Assembly: GCA_009777925.1 (NCBI GenBank)
Contig: WRKX01000001.1
Coordinates: 216-64,215, forward strand
Direction of reading: 5' to 3'
DNA: 64,000 bases
Source of the DNA: Betaproteobacteria bacterium
GTDB taxonomy: Bacteria; Pseudomonadota; Gammaproteobacteria; Burkholderiales; Rhodocyclaceae
The translations under genes and the position numbers were made by a program. Below the pieces are notes generated by a model. That model was not told the origin of the DNA, made no database searches, and was given only the letters and a program-made list of their open reading frames with translations. Shown here piece after piece: positions 1-9,606 of this stretch (positions are counted from its first letter, which is position 1; every line of letters starts with the position of its first letter).

Positions 1-2273
1 AAGTCGTTTTTGACGCGCCCGGCGCGCAAGGACGCTTCGGCGTACATGCCGGTCGGAGCTTCATAACGACCCAGGACGCCGCCGCCGTAGTAGGACGTAT
101 CGCCCTTGCCCTTGACCGAGGGCGCGTTGTTGAAGCTGTTTCTGGAGTTGTAATTGCCCCATCCGGCTTCAAAGAACGCTCCGGCGACGATGGAGCCGGG
201 AGTCCGCCAGCCAAGGCCAACGAGCATGGATACGCCATCCACGTCAATGTGGGAGCCGGTCTTGTAGCGGGAGCTTCCCCCGCCTATCGCCGCGCCAAAG
301 GAGGCAAGTCCGTCCTTCTTCGTCGCCGAGAGAAGGCTCCACATGCCATGCCCCATGATCATGTCAGCGCCTTGGGATACAAAGGCAAGTCCGGCGGCGC
401 GGCCTTCGGACAGGGCTTTGAGCTGTTCGTTGTTCTGTGCGCTCGCCACTGTGGCAAAGAGCTTGTCGGCGTCTGTGGTCAGGTCGAATTCAAAGATTTT
501 GGCGATGCCTTGTAAGCCCTGGGCGCGGGTTCCGTCCTGGTCGGCGGTAAGACCACCCGTGGCGTCAATCAAGGTAATCTGGTCGCCGACGTTCAGAGCC
601 GAACTGCCGCCGTTGATGCCAACTCTGACCGCGCTGCCCGTAATATCCACCGCATCCGTCACGCTAAGCATGATATCGCCGTCAACGGTCGTTGTCGGAA
701 CAAAGAAATTCAGCGTATCGCCCGCTCCCATGCTTAAAGCGCCCGTCCAGGTTACCGCTCCCTTTACGTCAAGCTGGGAAAGGTCGCTTAAAGTCCCGCC
801 GGTGCGGTCAAACGTAACCCCGTCGTTCAGGATCAAGTGCGGAGAGGCAAGAGTTCCCGAAACCGCAAGAGTTCCGTCCAGCACCTCGGTCGCGCCCTCA
901 TAGGTGTTCGCGCCCGATAGCGTCAGGGTTCCCGCGCCGTCCTTGGTCAGCGAGCCTGTGCCGGAAATGATGCCCGACAGGGTTTGACCGACGGTCTGGT
1001 CAAAAACAAGCTCGCCCGCGTTGCTGATGTTTCCGGCATAAGAACCGCTCCCAAGGGTGCCGGTGACTGCCAGCGTTCCCGCCGTAACCGTCGTTGCGCC
1101 GGTGTAGGTGTTTGTGCCCTCAAGGGTCAGGGTTCCCGCGCCGGTCTTGGCGAAGCCGCCCGAGCCGGTAAGAATCCCGCTCATGGTGGCGGTGCCTGCC
1201 GTTTCGATGGCGTTGGTGCCCGCGCCAAGCGTCCAGCCTTTGGCATAAGAAGCCCCGGTCAATTGCAGGGTTCCGCCCGCCAGGGTGTTTGTTCCCGTGC
1301 CGATGTTGCTGTCGCTGCCGATACTGAGCGTTCCCGCGCTAACCGTGGTTGCGCCCGTATAGGTGTTGTTGCCGGTCAGCGTCAACGTTCCCGTACCCAG
1401 TTTCTCAATCCCGCCCGGCGTGGCGGGGGTGTCGGTGATGGTTCCGGTAAAGGTAACGTTGTTTGCGCCGGTATCAAGCTTAACCAGCGAACCGGCGGCA
1501 GCGCCGGTGGGAGATACGTTCAGCGTGGCTATATCCGCGTTCCCGCTGTAGCCGAAGTTGATAAACTCGAAGTTTTGCGCGGAGATTACTAAACTTGCGG
1601 CCGCGCTGTTAACGTTGAGCGTGTTGCCCGTCCATAAATCGCCCGCCGTGCCGCTGCCATCAAAATCACCGCCGTAGATACGGGCTCCGCTGAGGTTAGC
1701 CGCGCCGCCGATGGTCACGGTGTTGCCGGTCGCCGTGCCGGTGCCGTCAGTTGCTCCGACATATCCGCCGTAAATACGCGGGCTGATCGTGCCGCCGGTA
1801 ATAGTCACGGTATTGTTGTTGGCCGTGACGTCGCCGTCGTCGCTATAGGCGCTTCCGCCGGTAATCGCCCGGGTTGACGTGCTGTTGGTAATATTCACGG
1901 TATTGTCGTTGGCCGTGGCATCGCCAGCACCTGTTAGATAGACCTGTCCGCCATTGATATATCCGGCCGTACTGTCTTCGACGTTGACGATGTTGCCATT
2001 AGCCGTTCCGGTAGCGGTATCGTATAAGTACCCGCCGGAAATAGTCCAGTTTATATCTATTGAACTGCCGTCGATGAAGTTGACCGTGTTGCCGTTGGGG
2101 TCGCCCAGGGGGGGGACATCTGCGCCGTCGGGCGGCGTGCCGTTGCCGTAAACATGCGCCAAGCCGATTGCCCCGCCGCTAATAGTAATGGTCTGCTGAG
2201 CCAGCGCCGTTGTCGCGGTCAGCGCCAGCGCAAAAGCGACCGGAATTGCTCGTGTTGTGATAGTTTGTTTCAT
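1..2273 (-). CDS. Autotransporter outer-membrane protein/adhesin; C-terminal end runs off the window
   Basis: The reverse-strand ATG at 2271-2273 gives the signal peptide MKQTITTRAIPVAFALALTATTALAQQ. It is followed by degenerate Gly/Thr/Asn-rich passenger repeats (ANDNTVNIT, GNTVTIGG and similar). The frame stays open to base 1, where it reads ..YYGGGVLGRYEAPTGMYAEASLRAGRVKND, typical of an autotransporter beta-barrel. It is absent from the ORF track because no stop lies in the window. Confidence 0.85.
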   Translation of the reverse strand, partial: MKQTITTRAIPVAFALALTATTALAQQTITISGGAIGLAHVYGNGTPPDGADVPPLGDPNGNTVNFIDGSSIDINWTISGGYLYDTATGTANGNIVNVEDSTAGYINGGQVYLTGAGDATANDNTVNITNSTSTRAITGGSAYSDDGDVTANNNTVTITGGTISPRIYGGYVGATDGTGTATGNTVTIGGAANLSGARIYGGDFDGSGTAGDLWTGNTLNVNSAAASLVISAQNFEFINFGYSGNADIATLNVSPTGAAAGSLVKLDTGANNVTFTGTITDTPATPGGIEKLGTGTLTLTGNNTYTGATTVSAGTLSIGSDSNIGTGTNTLAGGTLQLTGASYAKGWTLGAGTNAIETAGTATMSGILTGSGGFAKTGAGTLTLEGTNTYTGATTVTAGTLAVTGTLGSGSYAGNISNAGELVFDQTVGQTLSGIISGTGSLTKDGAGTLTLSGANTYEGATEVLDGTLAVSGTLASPHLILNDGVTFDRTGGTLSDLSQLDVKGAVTWTGALSMGAGDTLNFFVPTTTVDGDIMLSVTDAVDITGSAVRVGINGGSSALNVGDQITLIDATGGLTADQDGTRAQGLQGIAKIFEFDLTTDADKLFATVASAQNNEQLKALSEGRAAGLAFVSQGADMIMGHGMWSLLSATKKDGLASFGAAIGGGSSRYKTGSHIDVDGVSMLVGLGWRTPGSIVAGAFFEAGWGNYNSRNSFNNAPSVKGKGDTSYYGGGVLGRYEAPTGMYAEASLRAGRVKND

Positions 2274-2727
2274 GGCTTTGTTCCTTTTGAAAAGAGGTTT
2301 GTTACCCTCTCCCACTTGCGGGAGAGGGGTCGGGGGAGAGGTGTGTTGCAGGGGCGAACCCGCGTGTTCGCCCGATGTTGGGCAGACACATAGGTCTGCC
2401 CCTACGGAGACAATGCGGCATTGGGCGGCAACACGGCATGGTTTTAGCCCCCTTTCTAAAGGGGGTGTCCCGTAGGGACGGGGGTTTGCAAACCGCAAGC
2501 GGGCGAGCGGGTGTTGTAGGGGCGAACCCGCGTGTTCGCCCGATGTCGGGGCGTGTTCGTGCTATGGGCAGACACATAGGTCTGCCCCTACGGCGATAAC
2601 GCGGCATTGGGCGGCAACACGGCGTTGACCCCGCCCGCTTCCTTTCGGACAACGAGGGATATGAAGGAAAGGCAAACGCAAAAAGCCGCCCCAAACCTGG
2701 GTTTGAGCGGTTTTGTATGACGTTAGC

Positions 2728-2773
<46 letters not shown>

Positions 2774-3083
2774 AAGAAGCGTACCAACACCGCCTTGAAT
2801 TTATCAAGGAGTTGGTATTTTTTGCCGCGACCGTTCCTGCGTTCATTGCCACAAACCTGTGTCACACAACAAGACGCAGAGCATACATGTTAAACATAAA
2901 AAACGCAACCATGATTTTTAACAAATTACAACGATGATGCAACAAACACAACGATGATGCCTGAAACGCCACAAACGCCTCCCCGCCTTCGCGGGGACAG
3001 GCATGCGGGAATGACGAATAGGCTATCACCTGTGCGAAACAGCGACCACGCCGCTGTAGGGGCGACCGTCCCCGGTCGCCCGT

Positions 3084-3165
3084 TCCCAAAGAGATAATCA
3101 CATGAATATGGTTTGGCATAACAACGTTACAATCAATTATGACGTTATTTCGGTTATGCGCAAAA
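3084..3165 (-). pseudogene. Remnant of an HUH (IS200/RAYT-like) transposase
   Basis: The minus-strand reading ..IIDCNVVMPNHIHVIISLG contains the MPNH(I/V)H HUH motif typical of IS200-like and REP-associated tyrosine transposases. The fragment is only ~25 codons long and is flanked on both sides by inverted gtaggggcgacc..ggtcgccc REPs. Confidence 0.35.
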
Positions 3166-3636
3166 TCGCTGTGCGGGCGACCGAGGACGGTCGCCCCTAC
3201 GGCGGCAACGCGGCATTGGTTTTAGCCCCCTTTATAAAAGGGGGTGGCGCGTTAGCGCCGGGGGTTTGCTTTCAGTCTGATAAACAGGCTGATAGATTGG
3301 CAGGTTGATAAGTTGGCAGATTGATAGATTGGAGTGAGCGCCGTTCTCTCCTCTCCCACGTCCAATCACTCGTCATTCCAGCGAAGGCGGGAATCCAGAC
3401 AAGCCTTTCCGTTCCTCTGGCATTTCTGTACAGAAATCTCGCTCCTGCCCTGTTCTGGAAACATGTTCCTGCTTCTGACGCCATACTGGATTCCCGCCTT
3501 CGCGGGAATGACGTGTGAATTGAGGTATGCGCGGTAGTGATGGACGGCTCTGTGCGAGCGCCTTTGCTCCCCTCTCCCGCTTGCGGGAGAGGGTGCGTAA
3601 AAAATATATTCGCATGAGCCGAAACTGCTCTGGTTC

Positions 3637-4221
3637 GTGTATCATGCGCCAATGGTCAAGAGTAATCCCCCCGCGCCCCTTAGCATTATCGCCTGGCTTT
3701 CCATAGCCATAGGCGGTCTGATGATTTTTTCCTCGCTCATGGCTTTGATGGCATCTTCATCAATTCCGCCCATGCCCGAAGACTTGATGTCGTCTGAGCA
3801 TATGGGTGTCATGGGATCAATTTTGTTGGGGATGTTCAAGTATTTCGATCTGGTTGCCTATGTGCAACTTGTGGTTGCCGCGATCATTGTCTGGGCTGGC
3901 GTTGATTTGTTGCGGCTACGAGTTTGGGCGCGCGCGGCCATTGAAGTGTTTTGCTGGCTTGCTATGGTTTTCCATGCGCTGCTTGCCGCGCTTTGGATTT
4001 GGATGTGTGTTACTGTTTTTTCGGAGTTTCAGAATATCCCTGATCATGATGCCATTCCTTTTTCAATTGATGGCATGATGTACGCAGGTATTGTCATAGG
4101 CGTGGTCGTGATAGCGGCTCTCACCGTTCCGCTGGTTCTGGTGCTGCGCTACCTGCGCGGGTCGGAGGCGCGCGCTGCGGTCGCCGGTCATTTAACACAA
4201 GCCGCGCGCGAAGGTTCCTGA
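3637..4221 (+). CDS. Hypothetical integral membrane protein (about 4-5 TM segments)
   Basis: A 194-aa ORF with hydrophobic segments (LSIIAWLSIAIGGLMIFSSLMALMA, VQLVVAAIIVWAGV, CWLAMVFHALLAALWIWMCV, IVIGVVVIAALTVPLVLVL). No family recognised. Confidence 0.5.
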   Translation: MYHAPMVKSNPPAPLSIIAWLSIAIGGLMIFSSLMALMASSSIPPMPEDLMSSEHMGVMGSILLGMFKYFDLVAYVQLVVAAIIVWAGVDLLRLRVWARAAIEVFCWLAMVFHALLAALWIWMCVTVFSEFQNIPDHDAIPFSIDGMMYAGIVIGVVVIAALTVPLVLVLRYLRGSEARAAVAGHLTQAAREGS

Positions 4222-4439
4222 TTTACATGCTGCGCCAATGCTGTTCGCGGGCGCGCCTTCCGCTTGACAGCCAGGAGCCGTTCCACATCGTGAATCATGT
4301 CGCCGCTATTCACCTTTAGATATAGCCACTTCCCATCATGGTAGGTCGTCGCCTGGTCGTAAGCCGACCGGGTTGCAAGCGATAATTTGGCGTGTATCTT
4401 TTTCACCCTGGCTCGTTCGTCGGCTCCGAATACGATCAC
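4188..4439 (-). CDS. DUF3788-like C-terminal fragment (probably a truncated gene)
   Basis: The 83-aa ORF MIVFGADERARV..YDQATTYHDGKWLYLKV..LLAVKRK resembles my recollection of the C-terminal half of DUF3788 proteins. The N-terminal half is missing. The ORF sits at the edge of the defence islet. Confidence 0.35.
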   Translation of the reverse strand: MIVFGADERARVKKIHAKLSLATRSAYDQATTYHDGKWLYLKVNSGDMIHDVERLLAVKRKARPRTALAQHVNQEPSRAACVK

Positions 4440-4485
4440 GATTACAAAACAATTCTTTTCTGGAACGAAGGTGCGGAACGACTTG

Positions 4486-4920
4486 CTATTTCAGTATTGT
4501 GTTTCGATAAGCATCCTCGACTATGTCAGCACACTTTGAAACATCAGCTTTGATATCGCTTTCCCATATTCTAATCACGTTCCATCCGTCATCTACCAAT
4601 CTCGCGGTATGCTCTTTATCGCGGCGGATGTTCCCAAGGATTTTTTCACGCCAGAACGGTGTGTACCCTTCTAATTCCTCTTCCAAAGATACCAAGCCAC
4701 GGATTGCCCAATTATGTCCATGCCAAAAGTCGCCGTCGCAAAAGACCACGATTTTAGCTCTCGTGAAAACCACGTCAGGCTTGCCTTTGAGCGATTTCAC
4801 GTTTACCCGATAGCGCAAGCCACGCGCCCAAAGTACGCGCCGAAGCGCAAGTTCCGGTCGTGTGTTCTTGGACTTCACGGCAGACATGATTTTATGGGTA
4901 ACTTCTGGAGCCCTCGCCAT
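4486..4920 (-). CDS. vsr: Very short patch repair endonuclease Vsr
   Basis: The 144-aa sequence ..SKNTRPELALRRVLWARGLRYRVN..KPDVVF..KIVVFCDGDFWHGHNW.. is a canonical Vsr sequence. It is the last gene of the dcm-containing operon. Confidence 0.92.
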   Translation of the reverse strand: MARAPEVTHKIMSAVKSKNTRPELALRRVLWARGLRYRVNVKSLKGKPDVVFTRAKIVVFCDGDFWHGHNWAIRGLVSLEEELEGYTPFWREKILGNIRRDKEHTARLVDDGWNVIRIWESDIKADVSKCADIVEDAYRNTILK

Positions 4921-4941
4921 AACCCCCCCCCAATCTTGAGG

Positions 4942-5523
4942 TCAATTGTCACAAAAAATCGCCTGCACGCCAACCGCCGCAAGCGCGGTCGTAATGTGTT
5001 TTTTGTCCGCTACAGTAAGACCATTATTGGTTGGAACAAGGTGAAGACATATTGATGGCGTCTTCCCCTCTATTGTGAGTCCGGGTACTCGTGCGATTAT
5101 CTCTAACGCCTTCCGTAAAGCGGTCTCCCACTTCAGTACGGTACCTCCGCTTAATACGAAAATACGACCGTCATCAGAGCGGGAAACCGACACCCTCGCC
5201 TCCTTACCTGTCCCTTGTTGAATAATCGATGATAATACACCATAAATTTGTTGAATCGCGTCGGTAGGAGATACTTCGTTAAGAGCATTCTTGGTGAACT
5301 GCTTTGCGTAGGCATTCAGGATTCCGTCCTTGATGTATGTGCGGACGTTTTCCTTTGGGTAGTATTCGCGCAGTACCCCCCCGATAGCTGCGTCTTCTAC
5401 AAGCGAGTCCAAGAATTGAGAGCTTTCAGGGCGGCTTAATGTCCTGTAACTCACATCATCGGCTCTGGCATAAATGAGCGCCTCTATCTGTGTTTTCTTT
5501 TTGCTTGGTAGTCTTTTTGGCAT
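4942..5523 (-). CDS. Hypothetical protein, component of the Dcm/GHKL/helicase operon
   Basis: A 193-aa ORF. Its start lies 1 nt after the stop of the upstream helicase gene. No motif recognised. Confidence 0.6.
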   Translation of the reverse strand: MPKRLPSKKKTQIEALIYARADDVSYRTLSRPESSQFLDSLVEDAAIGGVLREYYPKENVRTYIKDGILNAYAKQFTKNALNEVSPTDAIQQIYGVLSSIIQQGTGKEARVSVSRSDDGRIFVLSGGTVLKWETALRKALEIIARVPGLTIEGKTPSICLHLVPTNNGLTVADKKHITTALAAVGVQAIFCDN

Positions 5524-5524
5524 A

Positions 5525-7183
5525 TCAAAACCCCTCCGGAAATTTCAACTTGGTTTCGTCATCTAAAGTGCCTAAGTCCGCAACATCCTCAAGCCATACG
5601 TTAACGAAACTCTCCATTCTCGCGTCAGAGAAAGACACAAAACCCTCTTGAAGGTAAACAACCTCGTTTTCCGCGCCTTTTGCTTTACCCTCCCTGCTCA
5701 ACTCAATCATATCAGCCATACGGCGAATGTCCGACACAAAATCCAACACAATGACTTTTTCTTTGCCCTCTGACAAGCGCAGTCCACGTCCAAGTTGCTG
5801 AACAAAAATCCTGCGTGAATGTGTGGCTCGTAAGAAAACAAGTATGTTAACATCGGGTATGTCGATTCCCTCGTTCATAACATCAACCGCGCTGACCGCT
5901 TGGTAGGTTCCGGCCGCGAACGCAAGCAACCGCCGTCTTCGCTCCGCTTTATCTACTCTCGACAGAGCGGCACAAGGGACACCTGACGCGGAAAGCATAC
6001 CAGCGAAGCGATTGCTATGTTCAATGGATGGTGAGAATATAGCTATTTTCGGATTCTGGATGTCTTTTATAACCCGCCGGATTTCCGAGATGACCGCTTC
6101 ATCGCGTTGCGGTAGAAAAAGCCGTTTATTGAGGTCGCGGATTGATAGGCTCTGCCTGCTCATTCGCCCCATATTATCCCAGTCAACGTTATCGCACAGT
6201 ATTCGGTAATCCACTTTAGAGAGGTAACCCATCGACATTCCATCGACAAGCGACACTTTCTCAAGAGCCTCGCCAAAAACGGTTGTGAGACTCTGCCCAT
6301 CACCACGCCAAGGCGTAGCCGTCATGCCAATCAAAAACTTTGGCTTAAGGTGTTCAAGGCAGGTTCGGAAACCGTGCGCGAGGGCATGATGTGCCTCGTC
6401 AACAATCACTACATCGAACTGGTCAGGCTCAATCCCCGGAAGGTAACCATATAGGCTTTGATAAAGTCCAAAAGAGACACCCTCGGTATTGCGTGGCGGC
6501 AAGCCGTCAAAGAATACCGAAGTCGGCACCTCTTTTTTTATTTGCGGCCAGAATCCTTGCTCCAACTGGAGAGCCAAGTCTGTGGCGTGGCAAAGTACAA
6601 GGATGCGTCGACATCTCTTTTCCCATAGTTCACGAGCGACTGTCGCGGCGATGACTGTTTTTCCGAGTCCCGTCGCTACAATATAAAATGCCCGCTTGTT
6701 GCCGTCTTCATACGCCGCGAGAACTTTCTGAACAATTTTGTTTTGGTACTTTCGCAAACCCCGCCGACCTGCGTGGTCATCGGGCATCTGGCTAATTAGC
6801 GCTTGAATAAACGCTCCATTCCAAAGTTTTAGAGTGTACCCATTTTTCTCAAGCTGCTCTTGTCGCTGACGAGCGGTTTTCGTGAATTCCCCATTTGTAG
6901 CAACGGCGGCAACATTAGCATCGTAGTACGACAAAGCGTCAATAGCTTCTTTCAACGCTTGGGGACCAATATAGCGGTCACCTGAAACGGCCTTTGCCTG
7001 AACAACCCATGACCTAACCTGCTGGGTTTCTGGGCGGGTGGCGAGGATGTCACAGCCTTTGTCTCCAGCACCGCCAATGACAGTGGTGTCGTCCCATCCC
7101 AAATGCCCCATAAGGCGGGCGACTGCTCGTTCAAGTCCTTTCCAGTTGTACCCATCGGATATGTCGATTGTATAAAAACTCAT
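5525..7183 (-). CDS. Mrr-like PD-(D/E)xK nuclease domain fused to an SF2 (DEAH) helicase
   Basis: The N-terminal region GAGDKGCDILATRP..SWVVQAKA has the D..(Q/E)xK pattern of Mrr_cat. Helicase motifs follow: ATGLGKT (Walker A), VIVDEAHHA (DEAH), MTATPWR (III) and QQLGRGLR (VI). The start overlaps the stop of the GHKL gene (ATGA). Confidence 0.85.
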   Translation of the reverse strand: MSFYTIDISDGYNWKGLERAVARLMGHLGWDDTTVIGGAGDKGCDILATRPETQQVRSWVVQAKAVSGDRYIGPQALKEAIDALSYYDANVAAVATNGEFTKTARQRQEQLEKNGYTLKLWNGAFIQALISQMPDDHAGRRGLRKYQNKIVQKVLAAYEDGNKRAFYIVATGLGKTVIAATVARELWEKRCRRILVLCHATDLALQLEQGFWPQIKKEVPTSVFFDGLPPRNTEGVSFGLYQSLYGYLPGIEPDQFDVVIVDEAHHALAHGFRTCLEHLKPKFLIGMTATPWRGDGQSLTTVFGEALEKVSLVDGMSMGYLSKVDYRILCDNVDWDNMGRMSRQSLSIRDLNKRLFLPQRDEAVISEIRRVIKDIQNPKIAIFSPSIEHSNRFAGMLSASGVPCAALSRVDKAERRRRLLAFAAGTYQAVSAVDVMNEGIDIPDVNILVFLRATHSRRIFVQQLGRGLRLSEGKEKVIVLDFVSDIRRMADMIELSREGKAKGAENEVVYLQEGFVSFSDARMESFVNVWLEDVADLGTLDDETKLKFPEGF

Positions 7184-9606
7184 GCGTCCAACTCCTTAAG
7201 CAAGAAGTCCACACTCAACGACGCGCGCGCAAGTTCGTTTTTCTGAACACGCTGGCTGTAACCAGATATAACCCGTAGCGCATCTTTAATGAACGAAAGA
7301 GCGCGGTCTTTGGATTCATCGCGGGCGCGGCGGGTTGCGTTTTCGTCTTGCAAATTTATAGCCGTATAGGGTGTTTGAAGCACCTTTCCGTCAAATACAT
7401 CCTCTGGAAAGCGTTCAATTAGTCTATACAGAGTCTTGGGTGGCACAAAATCTATCGCGTCAAATCCACCCGCTGTTCCAGACTGGAAAGCTGTAAGCAA
7501 GGTGGTGTTTGATTGAATGAGGTTTGTGATTGTTTCCTCTATCTCGCCAGCGGACTCATGAATGCAGTTAACCACCTCAACGGCTCGGTCTTTAAGCGCG
7601 TTAGTCAGCCTTTCTCTTAACAATTCAAACGCGCTACTCGCTCTGTCCTGAAGCGACTGTCTATCGATTTTCGCTTCCTGCATCGTCGTTTCTACAAGTT
7701 CAGAATAAACCGATACCAAGTCAGGCAAACTATCGCGTGCCTTGAGTTTCTCAGATAAATACTGCAATAACAACATTTTGGCGGTAATCGGATATTGTGC
7801 AAGCAACGGGTGTGACGGGTCGTAGACAAAGTCGCAGTCGATACCATCAGACTGGAAAAAACACGGTCTTTTCTCGCCACGATAAAATATCAAACCACGG
7901 TTCAACTCATACGCCCGCACATTCAACGAGCCAGTATTACCGAACTTATAGTTGCGCCCGCTTAATTGGCTCACGAGAGTTGCCCGTTGTATTAACTCAT
8001 CCAGCTTCGATGTTTCCGGGGCGGTTGGCGCAGGAGTTGGAGCTGGCACCGACTCCGGTACGGGTTGAGTCGGTGTAACGGGCGGTGTGCTGGATACCCC
8101 ATAGGGTCGCTGTGGTTCATTAGTCTGGCTTGGAGGAGACGCAGTAACTGCACCACTGATGTATGCGCTAATATCATCAGATGGTGTTTCGCCTGTATTA
8201 ACAGCGGTAGTAGCCCTCGCTCCTCCCGTGCTTTGCTTTTGGTCTTCTTCTTGCGCGGCTTTCCACCAAAAAATGTCGTCAAGATAGTCACGCATACCTT
8301 TCCTGAATTCAGCAGCATATCTCTTTGCCACGTCGTTAGGCGCGAATAGGCACTTTGTGCCTTTGTCAACCCTGCGGAAAGCGTTCACAAGAATACAGAG
8401 TGGAGAGGGGTTTTGTTCGGGGAATCCCAAAGCTTTCCTTGATTTAGGCAAGAAGGAACCAACACCGCAAATCGCCTCCACAGTTTGCGCCCACGAGTTG
8501 TCGGAACGGTCAAAGTCGTTCTTCTGGTATGTTGGTAAAAGATAGTCAACGTGTAACTCGCCTACGATACGACCACCGATTGTCGTACCCAATTCAAGAG
8601 GGTATTGGAGTTCCTTTTGTCCCGTTATAGGGTTTTCGTATTGGAACAGCGACTTGTCGGAGATGAGAATTTTTCGCCCATTCCTTATGAAGTCTATACC
8701 AAAATCGTTCGGGTCGGCGTAGCGCTGTATGCCAAGCCAACCGGTTAACCGTTTTCCGCGCTCAACTATATGGGGTGGCAAATCGTGTCCCTCTTGCTGG
8801 TCAACATAGTATTGCTCTGCTTCAGCGGCTGTTAAATAGCAGTTACGGCTCAAATCGAATAGGGCATCACCGAGGTTTCGGTCTATTGTCACGCGCGCCG
8901 ACACGTTCTGGTCGTTGTATCGCACATAGCGAGACGCTGACCAAACGCAGTGATTATGCGGACGCAATTGTCTCCCTTTAACATATATCGCGATTTCCTG
9001 ATTGTTCAGGAGCGATGCGTAGACAGCCTCAAGACGATGCCTTATATCATTCTCTTTGTTCGGCAACTCTGCTCGTATGCCGGGACGAAGCCGCGAGATT
9101 GTTATCTTTGTTCCGCACTCCGTCGGGTCAGTTTTTGCCTTACGGATAATCGGCGCGTCAAAGCGCTTGGTTTCGATTAGTTTCTGGAAATCTATTTTGA
9201 TGCCAACCCAGTCGGCATCACCACTTCTCGTGGACATTATGGTCGTTACCTCGCCCAAACGCGCGGTCGATATGTTAAACCCCATACCGAAAAGACCTAA
9301 GGTGCCTATAGGGTCATTGCTTGAGTATCCGGCGCGAACGGCGTTCTGCAACTGCTCGATAGACATACCGCAAGCATTGTCAGTGACCTCAATGGTACGG
9401 TCATCAGCGGCAACCGAGTCGGAAGCCCAAGCCACGACAATTTTTCGCTCAAATTCTTCTGACTTAGCGGTTTTATCAGAGAGAAATGCGTCAATGGAGT
9501 TGTCGATCAGTTCAGCGATACATTGCCAAGTCTGAAATGGTATCTCGCCCAATGTCCACAAGATTCGCGGTGTCGGTGTGATATCCAGCGTGTTCATATT
9601 ACGCAT
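7180..9606 (-). CDS. MORC-like GHKL (HATPase_c_3) ATPase, 808 aa
   Basis: The N-terminal Bergerat fold is present: ELIDNSIDA (N box), VTDNACGMS (G1) and GLFGMGF (G2). The central and C-terminal regions are long and uncharacterised and include a Pro/Thr-rich linker (TPPVTPTQPVPESVPAPTPAPTAPE). It overlaps dcm by 8 nt. Confidence 0.8.
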   Translation of the reverse strand: MRNMNTLDITPTPRILWTLGEIPFQTWQCIAELIDNSIDAFLSDKTAKSEEFERKIVVAWASDSVAADDRTIEVTDNACGMSIEQLQNAVRAGYSSNDPIGTLGLFGMGFNISTARLGEVTTIMSTRSGDADWVGIKIDFQKLIETKRFDAPIIRKAKTDPTECGTKITISRLRPGIRAELPNKENDIRHRLEAVYASLLNNQEIAIYVKGRQLRPHNHCVWSASRYVRYNDQNVSARVTIDRNLGDALFDLSRNCYLTAAEAEQYYVDQQEGHDLPPHIVERGKRLTGWLGIQRYADPNDFGIDFIRNGRKILISDKSLFQYENPITGQKELQYPLELGTTIGGRIVGELHVDYLLPTYQKNDFDRSDNSWAQTVEAICGVGSFLPKSRKALGFPEQNPSPLCILVNAFRRVDKGTKCLFAPNDVAKRYAAEFRKGMRDYLDDIFWWKAAQEEDQKQSTGGARATTAVNTGETPSDDISAYISGAVTASPPSQTNEPQRPYGVSSTPPVTPTQPVPESVPAPTPAPTAPETSKLDELIQRATLVSQLSGRNYKFGNTGSLNVRAYELNRGLIFYRGEKRPCFFQSDGIDCDFVYDPSHPLLAQYPITAKMLLLQYLSEKLKARDSLPDLVSVYSELVETTMQEAKIDRQSLQDRASSAFELLRERLTNALKDRAVEVVNCIHESAGEIEETITNLIQSNTTLLTAFQSGTAGGFDAIDFVPPKTLYRLIERFPEDVFDGKVLQTPYTAINLQDENATRRARDESKDRALSFIKDALRVISGYSQRVQKNELARASLSVDFLLKELDA

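Noticed and set aside
343-1592. Plus-strand ORFs of 186 and 202 aa at the left edge
   Set aside because: They are antisense or off-frame to the autotransporter gene. That gene's minus-strand frame is open across the whole interval and has a signal peptide and beta-barrel sequence.
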